Assembly: GCA_002269645.1 (NCBI GenBank)
Contig: NIVC01000380.1
Span: 248,001 to 312,000, forward strand
Length of the DNA stretch: 64,000 nucleotides
Reading direction: 5' to 3'
From: Macrostomum lignano
Taxonomy: Eukaryota
Part shown: positions 1-10,764 of the stretch, one piece after another
Layout: every line of letters starts with the position of its first letter
Position numbering within the stretch: the stretch's first letter is position 1
Translations under genes and position numbers: made by a program
The notes under the pieces: model-generated
The model's database searches: none
What the model was told of the DNA's origin: nothing
Seen by the model: the letters and a program-made list of their open reading frames with translations, nothing else

Positions 1-744
1 CTACGAGTAATAATAGTCAGTCACTTTATTTTTTATTTACCTGCTCTCATTGTAAAGTTGAGTCGCACCAGCGTTTATTGCAAACAAATGCGTTGAGTTT
101 CTTGTCTGAATTTGGTTTTCAATTAGTTGCTTTCTGCTAATAGTTTTTGAGTAGCTCTGTGTTAAAAACGTTTCTGCAAGCTTGCTGTTTCAAGTCCCAT
201 TTTTCAAGTCCCGGTCGTTTATGGCGGCAATGATCCAGCAAGTGCGCCCGTGCGGAGCTGGAGGCAACACTCACTCCCACCTGCTAATTATCTTCCTCGC
301 AACCAAGCAAGATAGAGATGTCCCCATGGGTACGTAGAGGCAAAAAGTTTTTGGTTTTAGTGGGGTTAAAAGGCCTATCTTTCAAAAGAATGCCTCATCA
401 TCAAATAAATTGCAGCTGAAAATATCGGGAGTCTGTCATTGTTCTCTTCATCGTTTTTTTTCTGCCTCTCAATTTGACCAGTCCTCACACTGATGCGCAT
501 TGAAAAAAAGGTTCTTTGCCCCAACCCCCAGACGATCGATCGATAAGCAGTGTTATAGTTAGCCTATAGGCGTGTTGAAACGGGCTGAAACGCAGGGCAG
601 CCCACCCGCTACAATTATCTATGGCCGACTTCAATAAATAAAAAACTCGTATGCATATACTCGTAAGTATCTAGTTAATGTTTTTACAACTTGTATATTT
701 CGAAAGTAAAGCTTAGTATTGGTTTTGTCAGCCTAACTGAGAAT

Positions 745-962
745 AAAGCCATCCAAAGTGAGAATCCTGCCTACGCTGAATACGAAGGGCCTAGCTGCGT
801 CCAGCCTAGTCTATGAGCCATAGACTATAAAGGACAAGCAAAGTTCACTGCCTTCGTATTCAGCGTAGGCAGGATTCTCACATTGGATGGCTTTTTATCA
901 CTTTACTTGTCCTTTATTGTCTATGGCCCATAGACTAAGGCTGCACGCAGCCAGGCCCTTCG
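745..962. repeat. Interleaved inverted repeats A-B-A'-B' with two palindromic GTCTATG-N3-CATAGAC sites
   Basis: A 745-788 is the reverse complement of A' 851-894. B ~783-843 is the reverse complement of B' 901-962. Palindromes gtctatgagccatagac (~809-825) and gtctatggcccatagac (~919-935). Confidence 0.85.
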
Positions 963-1635
963 CTATTTTTTCGATTCACAAAATTAGGAGTTTTGGCCAT
1001 AGACAATTTCTCAGATTTCATTCTTTCTTTCTTTCTATAGAGTGCTAGTGCGAACATGTGGGGTCGCCCCCCCACCCCGCAAGGGGGCTCAGCGCCCCCT
1101 TGACCCCGCTTTCTTCTGACTTAGCCATAGACATTTTCAGCGGGCCGTGAAACCGACTGAATGCATTGGAGTAAATGGGATTTTACCATAGACAGTCTCA
1201 GCGGGCCGTGAAACGCGGTTTCACGCCTGCTAACTATAACACTAATATGGATGGGCTGCATCAATATTGGTATATTGCTCTGCCACATTCCGCAAATTAG
1301 GACGGTGGAATAAACTGTGCAGTCTAGCCTCTGCACAGCTAACAAAAACCCTCAACAGACAGATAGAGAGTTCAACTTATAGCTGATGAGAGGGGAGAGA
1401 CGACAACTCTCAAAACTATGAGAGTCTTGAGAGGAGAAAGGAGGGAAGAGAGCTGAAAAGAGACACAAGCCTTGAGCGGGCCGGATTGCAACTGTGAAGC
1501 TTTCTAGGGCCCGAGCGCCAAACAGACGGGCTTCGCGGATCGCATGTGGCCCTCGGGCCAGAGGTTGTCAACCACTCGGCATTATAGACAGTATAAACAT
1601 AGACAGGCCTAGTAGCTGACACGCTGAGAGGCTGG

Positions 1636-2531
1636 CAGGGGCGTCGCCATGGATTTTAAGGTGGGGGGACACAGCCCCCCCATTCATTTTAGCGCCGCAG
1701 GCACTCATTTTGGCACCGCAGGCTCTCATTTTAGCGCCACAGGCACTCATTTTAGAGCCGCAGGCACTCATTTTGGCACCGCAGGCACTCATTTTGGCAC
1801 CGCAGGCACTCCTTTTGGCGCCGCAGGCACTCATTTTGGCACCACAGGCACTCATTTTAGAGCCGCAGGCACTGATTTTGGCACCGCAGGCACTCATTTT
1901 GGCGCCGCAGGCACTCATTTTAGCGCCACAGACACTCATTTTAGAGCCGCAGGCACTCATTTTGGCACCGCAGGCACTCATTTTGGCACCGCAGGCACTC
2001 ATTTTAGAGCCCGCAGGCACTCATTTTAGCGCCGCAGGCACTCATTTTAGCGCCACAGGCACTCATTTTAGAGCCGCAGGCACTCATTTTAGCGCCACAG
2101 GCACTCATTTTGGCACCGCAGGCACTCATTTTAGCGCCACAGGCACTCATTTTAGAGCCGCAGGCACTCATTTTAGAGCCGCAGGCACTCATTTTAGCGC
2201 CGCAGGCACTCATTTTAGAGCCGCAGGCACTCATTTTAGCGCCGCAGGCACTCATTTTAGAGCCGCAGGCACTCATTTTAGCGCCACAGGCACTCATTTT
2301 AGAGCCGCAGGCACTCATTTTAGAGCCGCAGGCACTCATTTTAGAGCCGCAGGCACTCATTTTTGCGCCAAAGGCGCTATATTTTGGCGCCCTGAAGAAA
2401 AATTATTGATTACCACAACTAGTCACAAGATGGGCTGGGGGGACAAAGCATTGGCATGTCCCCATCATAGCTTTTACTGGGGGGACATGTCCCCCCCGTC
2501 CCCCCTGTCCCCCCCGGTGGCGACGCGCCTG
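1636..2531. mobile_element. Non-autonomous hAT-like DNA transposon with an internal 21-bp minisatellite
   Basis: TIRs caggggcgtcgcca / tggcgacgcgcctg (1 mismatch). 8-bp TSD gaggctgg (1628-1635) / gaggctag (2532-2539). An 8-bp TSD is typical of hAT. Confidence 0.85.
1685..2365. repeat. 21-bp tandem repeat (gcaggcactcattttagagcc)
   Basis: About 30 visible units. The overlapping repetitive ORFs are artefacts. Confidence 0.97.
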
Positions 2532-3847
2532 GAGGCTAGCCCAGCAACTGACACTTTGGGAGGCTGGCCCAGCAACTAAGGATCGGGATACCAGGATGCC
2601 AAGAGTCGAAAACGAGCAAACAAAAATAACTCAGTTAGATAAGCACTCCATTAATTTTTTTCCTCTATGGGTTTACATCTCTCTGGTGGTCTTCCTTTAG
2701 TCCTCTCTGCGACATTCTTTATCCCAGTCATGCCTTCCAGCTCTGTGGCCCAAACTGGCTCGCAGTAAAAACCAGATTGGTCTCTGTTGTCTTTGGCTTT
2801 CTATGGTTTGTCTGTGTAAAGTCAGACTGTTGACGGCCACGCACCAGTTTGAATGATGAAAAGGATCAAAAAGCTCGGGTCCGCAACAATGTTTGAGTTT
2901 GTATGCATTGTCCAGAAGACACAGCCTGGCATAATGACAAACTCAACTGGCCATTATTTCAGCTTTAACAGACGTTTGAACCATAGACGATTAGTTAAAG
3001 TAATCATAACAATAGTAATATTAGTGAGAAGAAAAATGATAGTCAAAACTATTTAGCCACAAAACTATTTAGCAGAAAACGCGCCTAACACAAAAACAAC
3101 ATAGTAGTCGAGTCTGTTCATCAGAAGTTGCTCATTAAAAAATGAAATGTGCAATCCTTGAAGTGGCAATTCTCGAAAAACCGAACTGCACTTTCCGAAT
3201 CCATCCGACCTGCAGATTAATGGGTATTGTAAAAAATTCACAGTTTCTATATAACCAATAGTATAGCCGCTAATTTACTTACAACTTAATGTACATGTAC
3301 TTACCATGCTTCATCCGCGTCTCCTGTCTCACCTCCACTGAAGCTCCTTTGCACTTAGCTCGGATTGTAGTTCTAACTCATATCTAGAAACTCCGTTAAG
3401 GCTGTCCACGGGAAGATGCGACCAATTGATAAGCGCCATAGCCGAAAAAAGAAAAGATAGCTCTGTTAATCCTCGATCTCGACTATCTCTACTTCTCGTC
3501 AGCTCAAGCCTATCATCAGCTTATTCATTTATAGTCTATGGCCCAACAGCTTTTTTATTTATAGTCTATGGCCCAACCACCGCCCTCTTTACGCAGTCGC
3601 ACGCACGCAGACTCTTACCCTGAAATAATGACCGCTTCCGGCACGCTGAAATAATGGCCAGGCTGTCTTTTAGACAATGACGTTGCGTAGTAGGTAAGGG
3701 GCTGAAATAATGGCCATAGACACTCGTGCGCGATCTACCATTGTTTTTGTCAGTGAGCTTGATAATATCGATAATGTGCCAATGCCAATCAAGTCAAAAA
3801 TGCCAATTTTATGCAGCAGCATTCACTGCTTATAGAAGTCAAGGAGT

Positions 3848-4020
3848 TCAACAATTAGCAATCTGGATTGGAAACGAGTTTTACCTCATGAGGCCACGCC
3901 AATTGTAAAGAATAAGGAGCCAGTACTGAATGTCTATGGCACTGTCAGACTCTGTCTATGCTAGTCTGGCCTCATGAGGTAAAACTGAAAAACTCGTTTC
4001 CAGTCCAGATTGCTAATTAT
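3848..4020. repeat. Foldback inverted repeat around two GTCTATG half-sites
   Basis: aattagcaatctggattggaaacgagttttacctcatgaggcca (~3853-3897) recurs as its reverse complement at ~3967-4019, with a short insertion. Confidence 0.8.
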
Positions 4021-4290
4021 AGAACTCCTTGATCGGGCAAAGGCTCGAGGTGTTCAATAATTAAGTTTTTAGTCTATGGCACATACTATTATTCCATTCG
4101 TCACCCAATGAGTAGCTTAGGCGCGAATGTTTTTTCTTCCAAATTACATAAGAAGCAAAATGAACGAATTGAGCATTCGGAAGATTTTCTGTTGCTTAGA
4201 CTTTAATTGTGGGATTTTTTGGCATTTTTAGCTAGTTTCAATGAAAAACTTAATACAATCCAGCTTCGTGCATGCGTACGTGCCAGTACA

Positions 4291-4581
4291 CAGGGGCGTA
4301 GCCAGAGGGGGGGCAAGGGGGGGGGGGGCCCCCCCCCCCCAATCACCAACTCTGGCCTTGGCGCCCCCCCCCCTTAAAAGAAACTGGCGCCCCCCCCCTT
4401 AAAAGAAACTGGCGCCCCCCCCCTAAAAGAAACTGGCGCCCCCCCCCTAAAAGAAAGTGGCGCCCCCCCCTTAAAGAAAGTGGCGCCCCCCCCCCTAAAA
4501 GAAACTGGCGCCTCCCTATAAGAAGCTGGCGCCCCCTAACTCACGCCCCCCCCCCAATCAAAATTCCTGGCTACGCCCCTG
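4291..4581. mobile_element. hAT-type MITE (291 bp) with internal C-rich tandem repeat
   Basis: TIR caggggcgtagcca / tggctacgcccctg. Perfect 8-bp TSD ccagtaca at 4283-4290 and 4582-4589. TIR is related to that of the 1636-2531 element. Confidence 0.92.
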
Positions 4582-4923
4582 CCAGTACAGTAGCTTCATT
4601 CGCAAGACAAATCTTATCTTATCTTATCTATGTAGTTTTATGATACAGCACGCCAAACATAACTAATAGCTACTCGCATATAATAAGTAAACTAATTAGC
4701 TAGTGAAATAAATAGCAATAGTTTCTATTGTTCCCTTTTGTCTATGGTTTCCGGCATTCATACTTGCGGTAACAATTTAATTGTTTGTCGGCTTTTTTCG
4801 ATTGTTGCCGGATTTCAGACGAATGTATTTGGCTATCAAAAAAAGGAACAACAATAGCAACACGGCGAAAGTGTTTCATAGTCACAAAAAGTTCTTAAGA
4901 ACAAACCGATCGAATCAATTGTT

Positions 4924-6340
4924 TTACTTTCCGTAAAAGTTGAATGTGCAGTTGTGGAACTGACCACCACAGAGGCTTCTCGGCAGGTCTTGGCCGCCCT
5001 CGGGTGCTTTCATCAGCTCGCCTCTATCAGACCCAGTTGTCACACTTTCGATGGTGGATTCCGCATCGTCGTCAATCTTGGTGACTTTGGACCCATAGGC
5101 AGCCAGACAAGCGCTCATTCGGGCCACACAGTCCATGTCTCGCCGCTTGTATACATCCACTGAGCTCGAATTCTTGTGTCCCGTCATTAGTGTAATCGCT
5201 TGATTATCGAAACCGGCCTTGGCCAAACAGTTCACCTAAGTTTCAGCAGTTGGGTAAGACAGTATTCTTACAGTTTTACTGAAGTGAGTAGGCCATGCAA
5301 TCTTTACTCACCGTGGTTACTCGCACACAATGGTTGGTGTACTTCCGCTGCAGAGCCAGACACGCACTCAGATTCTTCATGAAATCTCCAAGTGAATCTT
5401 TGCCGAGTCGTTGGCAGGCTGAGAAGCCAGACTTATTGAGCCTTGGGAACAACACCTCACATCCATTCGGTAGTTGAGAGACGTACATTTTAAAGGCTTC
5501 GACGGGACAAACAGCTTTGTCTTGCACGCTGTACATCCGAGCTAACTTGAGATCCTTGAATGCCTTCTCGTTCAACGACGCTTTAACATTTTTCGACAGC
5601 ATGGCGACAGCGACGCGTACAAACTCCGTACCTCCTTCTGACACTATCTCAAAACATCCAGGTGTCAACTCTCTCAGATTTTCTCGGCCTCGCAGTGCGA
5701 AATGGAGCAGAACGTTGAAAATGTTTTCGTCCTGCAGTTTACGAAGGGACGTTCGATCAAAGTATGCGCGAATTGTTTGCATGTCGTCCTCGGAAATAGC
5801 TTCGTATTTGTCTACCTTCTCTGCGTGTCCTTCCATGTACATTTTCACCATGGCGACAAGAACGCCATTGCAACGCTTGAAGGCTTCTCCGGTAATGATG
5901 TTCACCTGGCGATTAACGGACGGGGATTGCAGGTGGCGTTGAATAGCCGCACGAAAACAGATGAGAGACTTTGGCGCATAGTAAGTTCCATCCTGCTTTC
6001 GAAGGGATGAATAGAAAAGCCTCAGATAATCGTTCAAAAATCGATCCGGAACACGCTCAAACTCCTGGCAGAGCCCCTTCTCGTTGAGGAACTGTCGGAA
6101 CCTTGCCATGTGAAGCTTCCGTTGCGTCTCGGTCGATTTCGGCACTGAGTCACTCTCAAGTCGGTCCAACATTTCCAGATCTTCGCTACCTAGCTCAGGC
6201 AGCCCGTTGGAACTGGACGACGCATCCAGGTTGTCCATCTCCAGAACGTAGCGCGTGCTCGACTCTCGGGTGACAAAAGCCAACTCGTCCGTGGAGAGTC
6301 CACATATTTCTCCGCCAGGAATGTTTGCGTAGCGAATCAT
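4924..6340 (-). CDS. Crypton-type (DUF3504-like) tyrosine recombinase, 2 exons: 6340-5312 and 5235-4924, ~446 aa
   Basis: Motifs LRKQDGTYYAPKSL, FALRGRE (catalytic R), YTNHCVR (HxxR), MTGH and VDVYKR (catalytic Y). A 76-nt GTGAGT...TTAG phase-0 intron (5311-5236) joins two ORFs in frame (YTNHCVRVTT|VNCLAKAGF). Confidence 0.9.
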
Positions 6341-6529
6341 AGCTAGTTTTCCTATTTGCACTCCGAATAGGAGAATTAATTCAAGCTCAAAATCAACTAG
6401 AGAATTAACTCATGGCAGCCAGGCTAGCTGTCTTCACTGTCCTTTAAATTTGCCATAAACGATTAATTATCTCTACAACCCTTTCATTTAGAGAGCAACT
6501 AAATTTGCCATAGACGATTGATTATCTCT

Positions 6530-9500
6530 CACGGTTGGGCTGGAATAAGATTTCGGGGTAAAAAAATGCCCAATAAAATGACCACTGCAGTGTGATAGAG
6601 GAACACCTCAGCTGCTAGGGGAATATTTTCCTAAAATGAAATCGGTTTGTCCTGACCAGTTATGCCTAATTATGTTAATTAGCTAGCATAATTAATTTAT
6701 GTACTCGAAATTAGCCGCTTCCTTCGTGTGAAATCGCCTAAAAACTGCTTTTATGAGCTGTGTTCGCGTTAAAATCTGTAGCTATTTAATATCAATATAT
6801 ATTAGTATTAGTTATAGAAAGTGAGCACTTTGTAGTTCATATTATTAGTACTCAAAAATTAAAGAAAAAAATAGAAATATCCAGCGTTTCAGAGAAAGGG
6901 TCTCTTCAAAACTGAGCAGCAGGTTGGACATTTGGATAGCACCTATTAAAATTTATATCAATAAAATTAAATATATGATATAATTATAATATAACTTATA
7001 TAGCAATTCATGATCAGTTTATGTTTTAGCATGCAGGTACTACGAGATACATGTCACAGATAAAGAAGAGAATATTGCTAATCTGAGCAGAAAAGTCTGG
7101 GTCAAAAGTTTTTTTAGATATTGAATATTTCTTTTGAATTACTTCCATTGCCAATAGAATCAATATTCAAACTTTTGGATGTTGAACTTTTAGATAGATC
7201 CCTTCACAAATTGTCATGGAAGTATTGCTCCTATTATACTGTTTTTCTTCATCCATGTAGTAGTGCTGGTAACAACAGCATGCAGCAAAGTAGGCTGCAC
7301 AACACGACAGTAAATTTAGTCAAATGAAAAGCCATCACCGCATTAAATATGTCACTGCATTAGATATGCCAGCTGTTATACGCCACTGTTGCCTGCAGCA
7401 GCCTATTGCCGAACTGTGGGTGATCGGCTGGCAGCCTGTAGCGCTGCCAAGTCCGCTGGAAATCCGAGTGTGCGCTCTCTACTGCCTGTTCGCTACAAGT
7501 TCCAAGTGCACGACCAGTGCGATGGCAGAAGTCGCTCACGTGGCAAAGGAGAACATGCACTTTGGGCGTGACAGTCAATCCCAGTGCCAGGTATGCAGCT
7601 CCAAAATTTTCGATTCGCTCACCAAAATCCGGGACCAATTCCTGGCCAAATGCTCCATTAACAACGCTGTTGAAGCAAATCAAGCACTGGGCGAAGGGCT
7701 GTAGTTCATGAGGAACGTCTTCAAGAAGAACCTCAGCCATCAGCAGCAATTTGCGACAAGCGTTGCCTTCCATTGTGCCGCCGCGGTACCCCGCTCGCAC
7801 GATGCCGTGAGATTGTAGCCATGCAAATCCGCGGTCTTCGCCCCAAGCTTCGTTCAAAGAATCAAGCAATTTGTTACTGATTCCGAGCAGAAGATGCAGT
7901 TCAGGAGGGGGCAGCAGCATCAGCACTTCCTCGTCATCATCACCAGCCAGCAGCGGCAGATTGACACAGTTCATGAACTGCTTCGCTCTGCTCCAAACTC
8001 GTCCAGCAGAATTGAACTCCTGCACTTTCTGCCGAATTCTACCGAGGGTTCGTGGCCTGCCGCTTGTCGTCAGTGGTGCAGTAGACTCGCAGTACGGACA
8101 TGGGTGAGCACACGAGTGAGGCTGGAGTCCGCAGAGAATGTTTGCTAGCTTCATGTCTGTGACAGTCACAGCAGACAGCTCTACCACAGAAACAGCCTGT
8201 AGCAGTGTTTTTACATTTTTGTACGTTTCTGAGATGTCGTTGACGATTGCGAGAACTATAATTTTTTTCACTCCGGCGTCATTGAACTGTGAGTGGCGTC
8301 GCACACTTTCGTGAACTGCAGCAGCACCGCCGTGCACCTGATGGTCAGACGTGGACGCAACGACAGACACGCAAATCTTAAAAAAACCTCCGCCACCATC
8401 AAGCCCCAGCCGGCATTCGAAGTTAGAGGCTCCTCGCTGTTGGACAATAAATTCAATGAGGCGCGAAGCATCAGTGCAGAGGACAGCAGCACGATCACCA
8501 ATGGCAGAAGATGACAGCTCGAATTGAAGTGTCTTAAGTTTAAAAAAGTCTTCCAATACACGATTCTGAGTCACTAATGAATCTTTCAGCCTAGATTCAA
8601 CTGCTCGCGAAGAGCTTGCACCAGCTCTCAGTACCTGCGCGACCTGCAGCGTCTGATTGTTGCTAAGATTCAGCACACCTTTCAGTGTCTTCATTGTGCT
8701 GATAGAAGTTGCAGGGAAGCTGGTTGCTCCATTGCCCACACTAGCACCAACAGTCACGCGCATTGGGCGACCACCTTCCATCCGTGACAAGGAAACACAG
8801 CTGGAGCCACTTGCTGCAGCTTTTGTTGATATGCAGCTGCTGGCCAGCATGTCCTGCGTATCAGGACTGACACCCTGCTGCAGATTAGTCAGTCGCGTTG
8901 CTCTTGAGCAGTTGTGTTTCTTGCCACGGCCAATTTCTGATCGACAAAACGAGCAAATGAACTGTGGTTGTGCTGCATCAGCTGCCGACAATGGATGTTT
9001 TCGAGGTCGTCCTGGACGAGATGCAGCAGCGCCAGTACTGTAAGAGCTGACAGAAGTTGTCAACTTGCTGCTGTTCTTCGATCTGGCAAGCTCGCACAGT
9101 TCGCAAGAGCAATGCGGATTATTTCTTGTGGACGGAGGCAGACTCTGCAGGTCGGCAACCATCTGCTCATAGTTTAGCCTTGATGGCAACTCACGAGGCG
9201 CTGGACCAGATAGAGATGAAATGATGCGTCGACACCCGTCACACAAGCCGGTCGGCAGAATGTGCTGTACAGAGGCGAAATTCGGCACCAAATCCTCAGC
9301 AGAAAAATTGGCTACCGACCAAATTGAGCGCGAGGCTTTCCGCAAACAGAGCAAACACAGACTCTCTCTGCACTCCTCATGTGATTTTTTTGCATTCGGC
9401 ATATTCTGAAATTCTGAAATTGATCGCTGGCCACTGATGCAAGAGACAAATGTTTTGAATTTGGCCTTGACTTGAGTATTGGTTGTGATATTTATTTGAG

Positions 9501-9986
9501 TGCTGATATGAGTTGGCTATGAAAGTTGCAATAATCAATGTACATCTGACAGTCCGACGCATATGAAATAGAACAGTACGAACGTACGTACGTTCATGTG
9601 CTAATTTCGATATTGAGCAAAGAGAGTGCGTGAGACCTAGAGCACAACAGTTCATATTGAAGCTAGAGCAGAGCATTGGCTGCTGCATACATTCTGATTA
9701 GCAACTGCTCATCCAGTATAATAGCAGTTTATATCATAAAAACATAAAAGCAGACCAGGCCATAAAAGCAGTTTTTAGGCGATTTCACACGAAGGAAACG
9801 GCTAATTTCGAGTACATAAATTAATTATGCTAGCTAATTAACATAATTAGGCATAACTGGTCAGGACAAACCGATTTCATTTTAGGAAAATATTCCCCTA
9901 GCAGCTGAGATGTTCCTCTATCACACTGCAGTGGTCGTTTTATTGGGCATTTTTTTACCCCGAAATCTTATTCCAGCCCAACCGTG
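6530..9986 (-). mobile_element. Full-length Chapaev-like (RAG1/Transib-related) DNA transposon, 3457 bp
   Basis: 226-bp TIRs (6530-6755 and 9761-9986) starting CACGGTTGGGC, 3 mismatches by eye. 4-bp TSD CTCT (6526-6529 and 9987-9990). The empty-site sequence attatctctacaaccctttca survives in a sister repeat at ~6466-6486. Confidence 0.93.
7360..9402 (-). CDS. Chapaev-like DDE transposase, 680 aa, uninterrupted
   Basis: N-terminal Cys/His cluster (HEECRESLCLLC...LCDGC...HCSCELC), GRPRK AT-hook, D in LGLDGG, D in VTDMK, CPYC, PPELHLLLG, TPKVHVLLCH, and SEQAVE carrying the catalytic E. Confidence 0.88.
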   Translation of the reverse strand: MPNAKKSHEECRESLCLLCLRKASRSIWSVANFSAEDLVPNFASVQHILPTGLCDGCRRIISSLSGPAPRELPSRLNYEQMVADLQSLPPSTRNNPHCSCELCELARSKNSSKLTTSVSSYSTGAAASRPGRPRKHPLSAADAAQPQFICSFCRSEIGRGKKHNCSRATRLTNLQQGVSPDTQDMLASSCISTKAAASGSSCVSLSRMEGGRPMRVTVGASVGNGATSFPATSISTMKTLKGVLNLSNNQTLQVAQVLRAGASSSRAVESRLKDSLVTQNRVLEDFFKLKTLQFELSSSAIGDRAAVLCTDASRLIEFIVQQRGASNFECRLGLDGGGGFFKICVSVVASTSDHQVHGGAAAVHESVRRHSQFNDAGVKKIIVLAIVNDISETYKNVKTLLQAVSVVELSAVTVTDMKLANILCGLQPHSCAHPCPYCESTAPLTTSGRPRTLGRIRQKVQEFNSAGRVWSRAKQFMNCVNLPLLAGDDDEEVLMLLPPPELHLLLGISNKLLDSLNEAWGEDRGFAWLQSHGIVRAGYRGGTMEGNACRKLLLMAEVLLEDVPHELQPFAQCLICFNSVVNGAFGQELVPDFGERIENFGAAYLALGLTVTPKVHVLLCHVSDFCHRTGRALGTCSEQAVESAHSDFQRTWQRYRLPADHPQFGNRLLQATVAYNSWHI

Positions 9987-10764
9987 CTCTACAACCCTTT
10001 CAAAGCGCATTCCGGCAACAATCGCATTTCATACTCAGCATCCGCACTATGTCTGGGCCATAGACAAGGGAAGTCAAAAGGGTACAATAATGACATGTAC
10101 CGATTTTTTTTGGCAGCAATTGCTCTACTAAGCTTCAGCCGCTACGCGGCTTCAGCTTACACAATTGCTGCCGAAAAAAATCGGTATATATCGTTACATT
10201 GCAAGGGCTTTTACAACTTTTACAAGTTTTCTACCTCACTATCTAAGCTATCTCTCTATCTACACTACTTCTTAATTCTAATTCAAAGTTGTAACTGTGT
10301 AAACAAAATGTGGTAGTGGCTGCTAGCTAGAGCTAGCGTTGTTGCACTTTACCCAATCATATCCTTTTTATGTCTATGGTAGCAACCAGCTATACGTTCT
10401 TAAGCTTTCGTTCTCAGCCTCTCACTTATGTTATCATTTCCTATGCTTGAATAAACTCTGCCGGCAGCTTCGTTCAAACTACGACACAAAACTGTGCGTT
10501 CAGCTCTTGTACAGCCTCGGGCAGCTCCCCACGCGAACTGACTTGCGTACACTTGGCCCTGCATTGAGAATTTATGCTGCCGTGATAAAAAGAAGGGGGA
10601 GAGAGAGAGAAGGTAAAGCACAGCTAACTCGCCTGTACACTGAATTTTATCTGCCATTTTCGACGGTTATAAAGCAGAAGGCTGCTTAGAGTTTCATGTT
10701 TTTTATTTCTATTTGAGCTACCGCTGCTAGCTTTAGTGATTTCTTTTAGAAGAAAATCACAACA

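Larger units (their letters stand above)
4730..10081 (-). mobile_element. Putative Crypton element, boundaries tentative, interrupted by a Chapaev-like insertion
   Basis: Inverted motif ttcccttttgtctatgg (~4731-4747) / ccatagacaagggaa (~10066-10080) brackets the YR gene. TATGG termini are described for some Crypton groups. Confidence 0.5.

Noticed and set aside
1378-1432. Hammerhead-like motif ctgatga-gaggg...ctctc-aaaac...gtc
   Set aside because: The core GAAA reads AAAA and stem I barely pairs. At best a dead relic.
1568-2579. Long repetitive ORFs (MSACGAK, APQALIL, GTHF)
   Set aside because: Translations of a 21-bp minisatellite inside a hAT element.
6756-7359. Possible RAG2-like partner gene in the Chapaev-like element
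   Set aside because: AT-rich, with no ORF of adequate size or kelch/PHD features. The + strand ORFs are antisense shadows of the transposase.
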